DNA from: Octopus vulgaris
Taxonomy: Eukaryota
Assembly: GCA_951406725.2 (NCBI GenBank)
Contig: OX597823.1
Coordinates: 57,722,001-57,786,000, forward strand
Reading direction: 5' to 3'
Length of the DNA stretch: 64,000 nucleotides
A program made the translations under genes and the position numbers. The stretch's first letter is position 1. Every line of letters starts with the position of its first letter. Below, in pieces: positions 1 to 12,794 of the stretch. The notes under the pieces were generated by a model. The model saw only the letters and a list, made by a program, of their open reading frames with translations, was not told the origin of the DNA and searched no databases.

Positions 1-265
1 AGATCGCAGTGTTTTATAGTAAATTAGTAAACCGACGATACCTCTTCATATTTATCCGTCACATCTACATAAGGAAAGAAAGAGCGGTAGAGAGCGCGAC
101 AAAGGAAAACGATGAAGACATCGAAAGAAAAGAACAAGCGGGATTTTAGGCAGTAAAAAAAAGAAAAAAGAAGCGAAAGATCCTAATAGATTTTGTGTGT
201 GATACGCTTGTAGAAAACAGGACGCTTTTCTTATATATATATACAGATTCTCTTTAGTTTATATG

Positions 266-327
<62 letters not shown>

Positions 328-769
328 CGTTACTTTTACTATTTGCATTTTTCTAACAGAATAATCTAGAAAATAAACCCTTTTCATTCTTTCTTACCTA
401 CCAATATTCAGCCGTTCCCCTTGAAAAGACTATAACGTAGAAAGAGGGACAGAGAGAGAGAGAGAGAAGAGGAGGAGGAGGCGAGATGAGGAAGGGGAAA
501 TGAGGGGAGAGATACATGTCTTTGAAAGTATTTGTTTGAATCCCTAATTAATTCCTTATTTTGCCGTTATTGTTATTGCTATTATTATAATCATCATTAT
601 CATTATTATTATTACTATTATTTTTATTATTATTATTATTGTTATTCAGATTAAGTGTCGGATAGTTTTATGAGTGATGGAGATATTTTTACGGTAACTT
701 CTCAGGCGGACGTTTTTATTATCTTTTACCAAGGCGATTTTGTTAGCAGACGATAATAGGTGTTCACGC

Positions 770-1200
770 CGACGGAAGTGATACGGCTCTCGTACTCACT
801 TCACACCGTTTTACAGTTTTGTAACAAGAGAACTAATTGATTTCCTGGACACCTTTAGTTTTTCTCTGCAACAATGGCGTCTTAAATCTAGCGGAAAACA
901 GCATCAACAACTACTACAACAACAACAATAAGCAGAACCACAATTACAACAACAATAGCAAGCAGTAATATCAGCGTCAGCAACATCGGCGATATCAGAA
1001 GTAAACATTAGAAGTAAAAGCATCAACATCATGCGCTGCAGAATCATCAACAGTATCAACAGTGTAGTTATAAGGTGACGGGATATTGTAATGGCGGCGG
1101 CAGTAGAGTAGAACTTAAAGCAATGTTTCAAAGGACGAGATTCTTTTGTTCCTGACTAAATGGCCATTTTGCTCGATAGAATAAGCTGTAGCTAAAAATC
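770..1200 (-). promoter_or_regulatory. Possible promoter and non-coding first exon of a minus-strand gene leaving the window to the left
   Basis: Locally CpG-richer unique sequence, YY1-like palindrome aaatggccatttt (~1158-1170), ETS-like cggaagtg (~773-780), minus-strand donor GAA|gtgagt at ~799. Confidence 0.3.
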
Positions 1201-1504
1201 TCACACTGTACACAAACATTCCGAGCTGGTGAGGCCTGAACTAACAGACATTTTCCTCTCCTTCCACTTAAAATATATCTAAGGGAATTGTTTTTCAACA
1301 TCCTTTAGATAATTCTCTCAGTTTCTGGTTTGAAATAAGCATTTACCATTTTTACTAATTCCAAATGATGGTCAGTCAATATCCCTTGATCATTCTTACG
1401 GGTTTCCTTTGATCAAAGATACGGTTATGTCGTTAAAAAGGAATGTATTTTTTATGTATGTATGTATGCATGCATGCATGCATGCATGTATATATGTATG
1501 TGTG

Positions 1505-1592
<88 letters not shown>

Positions 1593-2452
1593 AATATATT
1601 TGTTAGATTAAAGAATGGCAGAAATAACAGAATTCGAAGTCGGAAAGTCACGTCCCGATACCGTTGGGGTTTTCCTTTGTCATTTGGTAAATCCTACCGG
1701 GAAAATAAAAATAAGTACAACGCAGGTACTTGAGTAGTTTTGTATATGATAAACTGTTCTCTACGAAAATTGGCCTAGATCTTTGTAAAAAAAAAATGAA
1801 AAATAAATATTTTGAATATCAAATGGTCATCTATGCTATGACTTCGCTATCTTCTCAATCGATGCTAAAAATATTTTTAATCAAAACAGCGAGTCCAACA
1901 AAAGGCGATTTATTTCGTTCGAGAACAAATCAGGGACTAAATAACCAAATAAATTGTTTTTGCTATTATAATTTCAAGAGCTGAAATTTTGGGAGAGGGA
2001 TTTGGTTAGACGATTACTTGAGATTAAGTCAGCTCATCGCGCTTCTGTATCTCTTATATTTTATCGGTCATAATACTGGTTTCCATTGCAGAAATAAAGT
2101 AGTAGTCCTTCACCTTAGGGAAGATTACTGGTAACGAGAGAGTATTACATTTTCAATACTTAACGGGCTGCCCTTCACTGTTGGACCATTTCTCTTTCTT
2201 TGTACCATATATTGTTTTTAATGATTTTGACAATTGTACCAGACAAGAAACATATATTCCGGCTTTTATTTCAATCGACCTCAAACCCATGGTTGGTAAT
2301 TATTTTATTAACCTTTAAATCTTTCCAACCGAACGATACCAACTTTCCCAAGCACCGAAATCGTGATGTTTCTGATGTTAGAAGATGAAACTAGGTTTAT
2401 CTATATCTGCTTTTGTCTTTTCGGTCAATTATGGTGCTCGTATTTCATCTTC

Positions 2453-2493
<41 letters not shown>

Positions 2494-2752
2494 GTGTATG
2501 TGTGTATGTGTGTATGTGTGTGTGTGTGTATGTATACGTATATGTCTTTATAGATATGCACATGTACATATATTCAAACAAATTCGCATATCTGTCTTAA
2601 ATGTTATTCACAACAAATTAGGAAATATATTAAACAGAAAAAAAAAAGCCCCAGCAAAACCAAAATCGTAACAAAAGAATACTTTAACACATTTACATCC
2701 TAATATCACATCTGAATCCACTTAAATGTATGCACAGAAGTATGTATGCATG

Positions 2753-2809
<57 letters not shown>

Positions 2810-3387
2810 TGGCATATATATGTATATATATATGCATGCACACGCATATTAAACATACACACACACACTCACACACACACACATACACAAACACTCATAT
2901 ACTTAAGCTCAGAATATAAAGAGATGAAATTACGTTACGTTTGCAATCGTTTCAACTCCTTTGTCGTCCTAACAATGAAGCAGAATATAAATCCGGAAGG
3001 CTGAATGCGATGTAACAACTTAATTGTATATAATAACCGGATGAAAGGCAAAGTTCGCCATATGGTTTTGAAATGAAAGTTATGATCAGATCTGGCAGTT
3101 GCAACGTTCCGTATGAATTAAAATTTCACATGTAACAAGGGTCTGGCTTACCGTACTTCCGAAGTTGATGTTCAGCAGTTCTGTAAGCGTAATTAGCAAG
3201 ATACGTTAATTTAATAATAATTAACTGAGAAGGATATTTTATGTCAACTAAAGGAAATTTACAAATAATGAGGAAAAATTTGGAAGAAAAACTCCGGGAC
3301 GATTGCATTTCGGAGAAAGCTCTGTATTATGTTGCCAACACATTTAAAGACTGAAGGCATTATCTGATTGAATCAGTAGAAAATCGA

Positions 3388-3741
3388 AAGGTTGCTTCTC
3401 AACCACATGGTTCCGGGTTCAGTCCTACTGCGTGGCACCATAGGCAAGTGTCTTCTACTATAGCCTCGAGTCTGCCAAAGTCTTGTGAGCGGATTTGGTA
3501 GACGAAAACTGAAAGATGCCCGTCCAATACATATATATATATATTTGTGTGTTTGTGTCTGTGTTTGTCCCACCCCTACCATCGCTTGACATCCGATGTT
3601 GGTGTGTTTAACCTAGAGGTTCGACAAAAAAACCGATAGAATAAGTATTGCGCTTAGAAAGAATAAGTTCTGAGGTCGATTTGTTCGACTAAAGCTGGTA
3701 CTCTAGCATAGCCGCAATTAAATGACTGCAACAAATAAAAG
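3388..3741 (+). mobile_element. SINE family A (tRNA-like head, CORE-like ttgggcaagt box, internal microsatellite)
   Basis: Aligns by eye with copies at 14360, 29770 and 52750; B-box ggttcagtcc. Confidence 0.85.
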
Positions 3742-4313
3742 TATATATAAGTATTTGTATTAGTCTTAGCTGAAATCATTATATTCCTGTCATATTTCGA
3801 CGTAAGTTTGAGCAGTGTTGTTAAGAAGCTCATTATGCAACAATCTGGGTTCGTAGCCAGTTCCATTCCAGAACGCATTTTGACAAAGTTCTCGCACTAT
3901 AGCGCCGAACCGTCCAAACCTGTGTAAATGAATTTGGTTGCTAGAAACAGTGCAGAATCCCTCCACACGTACACACACGCACACACACACACACACACAC
4001 TACACACACGCACACACACGTACATACAAGTTCGAAAAGTAAAAGACTTTCTCATTTCCCGAGCGTTAAACTAATACATCTATTTGATGTTTACACACCT
4101 GTCTTTTGCTTTATTTGTTAAATTCTAATTATATATATATAGAGATATAATGGTTGTATACTGTCAACACAACGTGACAGTCTCGTAAAGGGAGTCACAC
4201 ATCGCTATTTAGCCCTAGGAAGCATTGACGCTTCCTGTCGGCTTTGACACATTTCCTGTGTCCTTATATTTGCAAAGGGGAGGCAAGCATCCTTGCCAGC
4301 TAGAATTAGCACA

Positions 4314-4351
4314 TGGAGACATGTTTCTGGGTCTTGCCCGTCATCAGTCCA
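4314..4351 (-). ncRNA. Minimal type I hammerhead ribozyme motif (Penelope-associated type)
   Basis: Reverse complement reads tgga CTGATGA c-ggg-caaga-ccc-a GAAAC at GT C tcca. Core boxes are intact, stem I is tgga/tcca, stem II is ggg/ccc with a mismatched closing pair, stem III is the palindrome ACATGT, and the triplet is GUC. Confidence 0.62.
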
Positions 4352-4389
4352 GGGTAGTAAGTCCTGCTAGCTGAGATGGCTGCAAAGCA

Positions 4390-4430
4390 TTTTAAAAAGA
4401 ATATTTGTATAGTGTTCAAATACAAGTCTG

Positions 4431-4497
<67 letters not shown>

Positions 4498-4594
4498 TAC
4501 TCTTGTAGGTTCGAGTAAACAAGAGAGACAGAGACAGGCAGAGACAAGGAAAATGCCCCTTGTATTTGAATACTATGCAAATATTCCTTTAAAA
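4390..4594. repeat. Imperfect inverted repeat around a (TC)n tract
   Basis: ttttaaaaagaatatttgtatagtgttcaaatacaag pairs with cttgtatttgaatactatgcaaatattcctttaaaa; tctgcctgtctctc...ttgtttactc pairs with gagtaaacaagagagacagagacaggcaga. Confidence 0.85.
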
Positions 4595-4723
4595 ACTTTT
4601 CATTTAATTTTTCTAAAATTTAATTGTTTTCCATAGTTACAGTTGAAAAATTGTCAATGACCGAAACCGGTACTGAAATGTTTTTTATAAAATTATTTTA
4701 GCATTTTCTACCTTGACTTTTTT

Positions 4724-4789
<66 letters not shown>

Positions 4790-5419
4790 GGTTTCAAATA
4801 CCGCCCGATCTACTCTCACTTTCAGTCATCGATGTTTGTTTCATAATATTAATATATATATATATAAAATCAATATGCAGTCCTCTATGATTTATGCTAT
4901 GTCTCATATATTTTCTACTATGTACTAAATTTAATAAATAACTCAATATAACAACGTATCATGAAATCAACAACTTTATAATTACTTTGAAACTAACTTT
5001 TAAGGAATTTCTATTATTTTTTTCTTTGTTCATATTTCTCCTATTCTTTGTACGGATGTTGCAGATTGCTCACTTCATAGGTACTACCAAAATAGTAAAC
5101 GGTCTTCGTAGTTTAATACCGACTTATATAGTCCCTTCAAATTACATATGAAAAGTTCCTGATATTTTGAATGGTGCTCGGAGTCGGAAAATAATAAAAA
5201 TACTAAATAACTGAAATAATCCTTTCCCACATGGGCGCAAGATCTGAAATTTTGGGGGAAGGGATAAGCCAATTACACCAAAAACCAGTGCGTAACACGT
5301 GCTTAATTTATTGACCCTGAAAGAATGAAAAGCTAAGTCGACCTCGGCGGAATTTGAACTCAGAATGTAAGTACATTATTTACATTTGACGGATATTTGT
5401 CCTCACCTTTTTTGTTGTT

Positions 5420-5465
5420 AACACAAAGTTTCGGCTGATATACTCGCCAGCCTTCATCAGGTGTC
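5420..5465 (-). ncRNA. Minimal hammerhead ribozyme motif in left arm (one substitution in stem III)
   Basis: Reverse complement: gacac CTGATGA a-ggctg-gcgagtatat-cagcc GAAAC tt t gtgtt; stem I gacac/gtgtt, stem II ggctg/cagcc. Confidence 0.55.
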
Positions 5466-5519
5466 TTGGGGAAATTTCCAATCTGGGTTCTCATTCCTAA
5501 GGTATTTTTCGATGTTGTT

Positions 5520-5571
<52 letters not shown>

Positions 5572-5636
5572 GTAATAATAATAATAATAATATTAATAAT
5601 AATAGTAGTAATAGTAATAACAACAACAACAACAAC

Positions 5637-5725
<89 letters not shown>

Positions 5726-5777
5726 CAGCATCGAAAAATACCTTGGAAATGAGAACCCTTGTTTGAAATTTCCCCAA

Positions 5778-5823
5778 GACACCTAATGAAGGCTGGAGAG
5801 TATATCAGCCGAAACATTGTGTT
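5778..5823 (+). ncRNA. Degenerate minimal hammerhead ribozyme motif in right arm
   Basis: gacac CTAATGA a-ggctg-gagagtatat-cagcc GAAAC at t gtgtt; the core has a G-to-A change, so it is probably inactive. Confidence 0.45.
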
Positions 5824-6098
5824 AACAACAAACAAGATGAGGTCAACTATCCGTCAACTGTAAATAATGTACATAATTACTCATCTCATAAATATAGATC
5901 AGAATATAAAGACGGACGAAATTCCACGAAGCATTTTGTCCATCGCGTCAACGATTCTGCTAATTTGCCGCCTTAATAAACAACTAAAACAATGATAATA
6001 TTAAAAAATATATATATATAACAGTTAAAAACATATCATGTGTCATGAGGAGATTTGGAGTTTGGGCTTCTTTCCTATATAATATTAACAAATAGCAA

Positions 6099-6312
6099 GG
6101 CGGCGAACTGGCAGAATCGTTAGCACGCTTGGGCGAAATGCTTAGCGGTATTTCGTCTGTCTTTATGTTCTGAGTTCAAATTCCGCCGAAGTCGACTTTG
6201 CCTTTCATTCTTTCGGGGTCGTTAAATTAAGTACCAGTAGCGTAATGGGGTCGATCTCATCGACTGGCATCTTCCTACCAACTTTCAGGCCTTGAGCCTA
6301 TAGTAGAAACGA
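6099..6312 (+). mobile_element. SINE family B (tRNA-like head; central box gcctttcatYctttcggggtcgataaattaagtacc, Nin/Deu-like)
   Basis: A-box tggcagaatcgttag, B-box gagttcaaattcc; flanked by repeated aatattaaca. Confidence 0.87.
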
Positions 6313-7787
6313 ATATTAACATTTAGTAAGGGTTTCAATTTCCTTCTTCAGGATAACGTACTTAGGACTAGTAAATGATACGTTTATTATTAATAGTGAT
6401 GTGTTCAATTAGTTCCTTTCGTAAGGCATGGACTTTCCAAAGCACCACCATGCACACTTGTTCTACATACACATAAACAAACGCTCACTAAATAATTTCC
6501 AATATTAGACCAATACTGTCTCTTCTAAGGTCAGGCCTTCGGGGACTAATCCGGGAACATCGATTGAGAGTTTCACACTTTTGTGTGAAGAAGGTGGGTG
6601 GACATCATAATAAGCCAAATGAATCATACCTGTTTACAAAAACGGATGAATATCACAAAGTGCCAAGCTCCAGCCATCAAACCTAAAGATAAACTGAAAT
6701 CTTTAGTAAGAATTTCTGAGTTTAGTATTTTTGACTTTTGGCAGTTTCTGCACCTTGTAATCTTACTCAAAATCCCTAATAAGTGTGAGGAACATCGAAT
6801 GTGGCTTGAATTAGTTCTAGGAAGTTTTACCGCTTTTTTTGTCTCATAATCGGAAATGAAAAACGTGTGCAATTTTCTTTAATGGTTTAAAATTATTTTA
6901 AAATGTTTCTGTTGAGTACTAAATTAATGCAAGAAACCTGATATAAGCGCCTCACTAAGTAGTTCACCATCCACTCTGGGTAGGTATTTATAATCATTGG
7001 ACAATTTTCTTTTAGAATATTAGAGTTCTGCAAACTAATGAGAAGCTTGGGAGTTCATTAAGACGTCGTTTTCTTGCCATCTACCAAGGGTGTATCAATT
7101 AGTTGGTCATATATTTTCACAAGTTTTATTCACTACAAAATACCAAAATAATTCGTTAAGCGTGCAATAGCAGTCCTTCTACCGGGGTATGTATACAATC
7201 TTGGGGAGCCGCCAAACCGCTGAAATTAAATATACTGTAAACGCGTGGCAACGTTGATCGAGATGCGATGCAATACGAAAGGTCGACCGCGGAGTCAGTA
7301 GGCTGCCATCTTATCCACTCGCTCAGCTGATCTCCTATCAACGTGAGTACAGCTTAATTACAACAATGACAGTAAATATTTCGCATTTTCTAAAACGCCA
7401 TTCTTTTCACGTCTTATAAATCCTTCATTAAGCATTACACACGATGCTATTCGTGAAATAGTTTATCGTCAATAGACTTTCCAACCAAAGATATGCCCTC
7501 TTCACCCGTACTTCTGTGTGTTTCCGCTCTCGAAGCGAAATTTTCAAAACCAACGTTGGCGGCATGTTTGACATGTTAAACAAAAATTTCTTTTCATCCA
7601 TTATGAGGCAGTCTTGGCAAATTGTTCAGATGATATCAACCCATCAGACTGTATAGCCTTTGTAATTATACACAAATACATGCCCACAGACGCATATATG
7701 TAAGTCTGATGTGCGTGTATATACTTATATATGTATACATACATATATAACCACACATCCACACATATCTATCTCTCTATCTATGTC

Positions 7788-7842
<55 letters not shown>

Positions 7843-8924
7843 GTGTGTGTGTTATACACGTGTGTGTTGCTTACACGTTTGAAAGTGTGTACGTATGTAT
7901 ACCTGAACGAGTGCAATGATCTATGTATGTAAGTATTTATGCACTTGAAGGTACATTGATCAATGTACAGTACAAAGGTAACCAGCAACAACCCCCATCT
8001 CCTACCAACGATACAACGTCTATCTCCAAACAGTGCTATTAGCACCGCGATTACCACTAACACCGGCGCCACCACCGCCGCAACCACCAACACCAGCAAG
8101 ATCACCACCAGTGCCATCTCTATTGCCCCCACAACACCTCTGTCTCTTCAGTTCCATGGTTTCAACTATCTATTTCTCTCTAACTAGAATTATCTCACCG
8201 GACGTGGCCTACTCCAGAGAAACAATCCAAGCTAGCCTTCAGTCGTTATTACTTAACACTTATCTCTATCATCTATTTGAATATGTCCATTGGCTTTTCT
8301 CTCTCCATCTGCTGTCAATGACACTTAAGAAGAAAGCTATACTGACAGCTGCCGCAACAAAAGGACCACTACTAGCTAGAATACTGTTCTGTCTTCCAGC
8401 CTGTTGTCGCCGACTCTGCTTCTACCGTCTCCACTGCCGTTACCGCTTTTACCGCTACCACAAGCCTTTAGACTTCGCTTTTAGGCCGAAAAACTATCTA
8501 ATTTGATTTATCTAGCATTCTGCTAAAAAGAATGCGACTTTACAAAACTGACCAGTCTAAGGAGTCTAAATAATGATTTGCAAGATGTATTTCATTACAT
8601 GTAGAAAATGCTCCCGTGTTAGTATGAAATTCAACGCACAAGTTCAATCCATCTTTTTCATAATGGCTTGAATTTTTAGCGGAGAGATCTGATTGTGAGA
8701 ATCACAATGAAATGGCTAATTGCTAAAGAGTGTCGAACAAGTGGTGAGACAAGTGAATAAAGAAAGATAAAGAGGCAAAGAAAGATAGAGAGAGAGGGGA
8801 ACGGAGAGAGAGGGAAAGAGAGAGGAAAGGAAACATAAAAATGACAGGACAAGGGAGAAAGAGAAATTAAAAGAAAATATAATGAGACGGTGAGAGATAG
8901 ATAAAGATGGATAGATAGTGAGTG

Positions 8925-8981
<57 letters not shown>

Positions 8982-9088
8982 AATAGATGTTGCAACCGAA
9001 ATTGCAAGGATAATCTGGAACTTGTTTACTTTGGTTTCTTTGTATCGTCAGCCCGGTGTGCTAACGATTCTGCCAGCTCACTGCTTTA

Positions 9089-9153
<65 letters not shown>

Positions 9154-9193
9154 TATAATAATGATGATGATGATGATGATGATAATAGTAATA

Positions 9194-9224
<31 letters not shown>

Positions 9225-9430
9225 TTTTTTTCTACAGGAGGCACAAAGCCTCATATTTGTGTGGAGGGGACGAGTCGATTATATCGACGCCAGTATTTCA
9301 CTGGTACTTAATTTATCGATCCCGAAAGGCAATGTCGACCTCGGTGGAATTTGAACTCAGAATGTAAGGATGGGTGTAATGCTGCTAAGCAAATTCCCCC
9401 GGCTTGCTAACGCTTCTGCCAGCTCATCAC

Positions 9431-9525
<95 letters not shown>

Positions 9526-9553
9526 TAATAATAATAGTAATAATAATAATAAC

Positions 9554-9615
<62 letters not shown>

Positions 9616-9685
9616 CAATAATAATAATGATAATAATAATAACAACAACAATAATAATAATAACAGCAACAACAATAACAACAAA
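9089..9685. repeat. (TAA)n microsatellite arrays
   Basis: Direct inspection; interrupted by a SINE. Confidence 0.95.
9228..9430 (-). mobile_element. SINE family B in a (TAA)n tract
   Basis: ctggtacttaatttatcgatcccgaaaggc...gtcgacctcggtggaatttgaactcagaa. Confidence 0.8.
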
Positions 9686-9830
9686 TACAGCAAAGATAAT
9701 CCTTACTACGTCCTGGTTACACCTTCGTTTTACCAGTAATATGGCAGGGTTTGCCCTTATGTTCTCATGTTTTTACATTTTTTTTCCTGTTCCGTTAGTT
9801 ATAATTCAAATGAACATAGTAATTAGTTTA

Positions 9831-10216
9831 GTGGAGGCGCAATGGCCCAGTGGTTAGGGCAGCGGACTCGCGGTCGTAGGATCGCGGTTTCGATTCCCAG
9901 ACCGGGCGTTGTGAGTGTTTATTGAGCGAAAACACCTAAAGCTCCACGAGGCTCCGGCAGGGATGTTGGTGATCCCTGCTGTACTCTTTCACCACAACTT
10001 TCTCTCACTCTTACTTCCTGTTTCTGTTGTACCTGTATTTCAAAGGGCCGGCCTTGTCACTCTCTGTGTTACGCTGAATATCCCCGAGAACTACATTAAG
10101 GGTACACGTGTCTGTGGAGTGCTCAGCCACTTACACGTTAATTTCACGAGCAGGCTGTTCCGTTGATCGGATCAACCGGAACCCTCGTCGTCGTAACCGA
10201 CGGAGTGCTTCCATCC
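9831..10216 (+). mobile_element. SINE family C, tail type i, young copy
   Basis: tRNA-like head gtggaggcgcaatggcccagtggttag...ggtttcgattccc; exact 13-bp TSD agtaattagttta (9818-9830, 10217-10229); near-identical to 44529-44923. Confidence 0.92.
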
Positions 10217-10763
10217 AGTAATTAGTTTAATTCTCAGGAACACATTTTATAATAAACTAGTATTTTTTTTCTACAATTAATACTTAAGTAAACTTAAAGA
10301 ACGTATCGATTATTGGAAAATATAAATACGCCCAGATCATCGAATGATTAATAAGTCGTGTGTTAATTCTTTAATCACCCCGTAATTTTTTTTTTGTTTG
10401 TTTTTGGTGCAAGGTTTATCTTGCAATACTAAGGCATTCCAGATTGCTATTGTATATCCAATACATTCCGATGTTTATTCATATAGGATTGGAATTATTT
10501 CATTATGATTTATTATTAATTACTCATTGAAAAGAATCGTTTTTTTTTTTAATATAATTAAATTGGATTTTCCTAGGAGGAAGAACACAAATATAGTGAT
10601 TGAGCCGATAACAAAAAATATATTTAAAATAAATTTGGTACAACATTCGCACCACAAACATTACGGTTTTGTCGGATATGTTTTTCTTAATTAAAACACC
10701 GATAGTGAAAAATCTTAATTAAAAAAAACACACAATTCGATTATCTGATAATCTCTGCAACTG

Positions 10764-10822
<59 letters not shown>

Positions 10823-11019
10823 GCACACAAGCACACACGTATGTGTGTATGTATGTACTTATGTATGTATGCATATTTATATATATTCACATACACCTGT
10901 ATGTATATGCATGGATACACAGACATACATGCATATAAGTGTATATACATACATATATTCATATATAGACATACATACATACCTACCTTCATACATACAT
11001 ATGTACATACATACATACA

Positions 11020-11094
<75 letters not shown>

Positions 11095-11350
11095 TAAACT
11101 TTACTGCCTTTCTTGTTATGTGATTTTAGCGTAAGCAATATATTGTGAAATTAAAGTGATTCGACCAATATAACCTCAAACAGCAGCCCCTTTTGTCGAA
11201 AATAATTTTCAGTTCATTTCCGGCCCCCTATGACCTTAATAACCGAAAAATGGTGATTAATGTTGTAGCGCAGACAACTAATTTTCAGTTATTCATGAAA
11301 CTGAGACAATTCTTGGATGACGTCAAATCATGGACTGACATAAATTTATC

Positions 11351-11392
<42 letters not shown>

Positions 11393-11520
11393 AATATCGG
11401 TAGAGAAAGAAAGGGTGAAAGCAGACCTTTTACATTTACACATATCCACAGACGTACACACAAGCATATATGTATGTATATACATATATCTATTATATAT
11501 AGTTTATACACACCACATAT

Positions 11521-11620
<100 letters not shown>

Positions 11621-11875
11621 AGTTGTATGTCTCTATGAATGTTCATGTTAGTTTTTAATTAGGTAAATTCTTCGAGGAAGTTTCAACGTTGTAATGTAAA
11701 TAACAAGAATAATGTCACATTTTAAACTTGCGAATAGTCAAGCGTATCTTTACTGTTTCACTTACAGATTGTGTTTTCAATGTGCGTGTTAGATGGCTTT
11801 TATCTTTTTCTGAAAAATATACATTATCCAGATTGTTTTTCAGGCGTTTCCTCTCAAAACCAAATACACAAAATA

Positions 11876-12016
11876 TAAGGTTGTCCCAAAAGTTCGTAAA
11901 AAGTCTTGGAAAATAATGGTCTTTATTTTGAGGAATAATTTTTGTTGTTTTTGTTAGTACTTGGCGAGTAAAAATTCAATTTTCGCAAGTGTTTACGAAC
12001 TTTTGGGACAACCTAA
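11876..12016. mobile_element. Mariner-type MITE (~140 bp)
   Basis: TIRs aggttgtcccaaaagttcgtaaa / tttacgaacttttgggacaacct, flanked by TA. Confidence 0.82.
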
Positions 12017-12794
12017 TATTATCACTATAAATGTGAATTTGTAATCGGGATATACAAGTTAGGCGTTTCCTTAATAAGTGTGAGGACCATCGAAAGTAGC
12101 GAGTAGTGCAATTTTCAGATTCACATATGAAATACATATGTGTGGTAAGTAGCTTACTAACACACATGCGCAGTTAGTCAGTTGCTTCCTGTTCAGCCAG
12201 AGTGGACGCGAGTCAACCAGCTCCGTCCAATTAAAGAAAAAAGACCAAAAACAGAAAGTTGTCGAGGTAAGTGATTTTGTTTATTGTGAGTTGGGCATAA
12301 TTTATTGCATGCCAATTATTATTTCAGTAAGTTGTGTCCAACTCTGAGACAATTTCGCCTGCTCTCGGCGGCTGCCGTTTTTGTGTTTGTTGAAAAAAAA
12401 CAGTGGAGGGGCGTATCCGTCTTCGATAAATTGAGTGAATATTTTTTTCACGTAATTGTGAGAATTGTATTGTGCTGTAAAGAACTTTTTGTGAAAACTG
12501 CTATATAGGGGAGTATTTTGCCTCCGAAGTTTGAACAAGTTTTACCAATTTTACACCAAGTTTTGTGGAAGTTGTGCGTTCCTGGTTCAATTTAGGCCGG
12601 GAGTACCAAATGGCCAGAAGGATTTTGCTGTGTTATTGACTTTCTTTTTAACTTTATTTGACTTTCTTTTTAACTTTATTTGACTCTCTCCTTTTTCACT
12701 GTGACTTTCTTCGGATTTCCTTTTCCTCTCGTTTTTTAGTTTTATTCTGAATACATTTAAAAAAAACAAAACAAAAAAAAAAACAAAAAAGAAC

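Larger units (their letters stand above)
5371..5898. mobile_element. Palindromic Penelope-like non-autonomous insertion: two inverted pseudo-LTRs around (TAA)n
   Basis: Arms of ~150 bp (5372-5520 and ~5722-5871) are reverse complements. The insert interrupts a SINE with an 11-bp duplication tcagaat(g/a)taa at 5360-5370 and 5899-5909. The same arm sequence abuts a Penelope RT fragment at 23900-24000. Confidence 0.75.
5220..5975 (-). mobile_element. SINE family B, split by the palindromic Penelope-like insertion
   Basis: aagtcgacctcggcggaatttgaactcagaa before the insert; gacggacgaaat...ttgccgcc after it. Confidence 0.8.

Noticed and set aside
9833-9905. tRNA gene candidates (also at 6099, 44531, 52750 and others)
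   Set aside because: A and B boxes are present, but there is no closed acceptor stem and each continues into a shared SINE body with TSDs.
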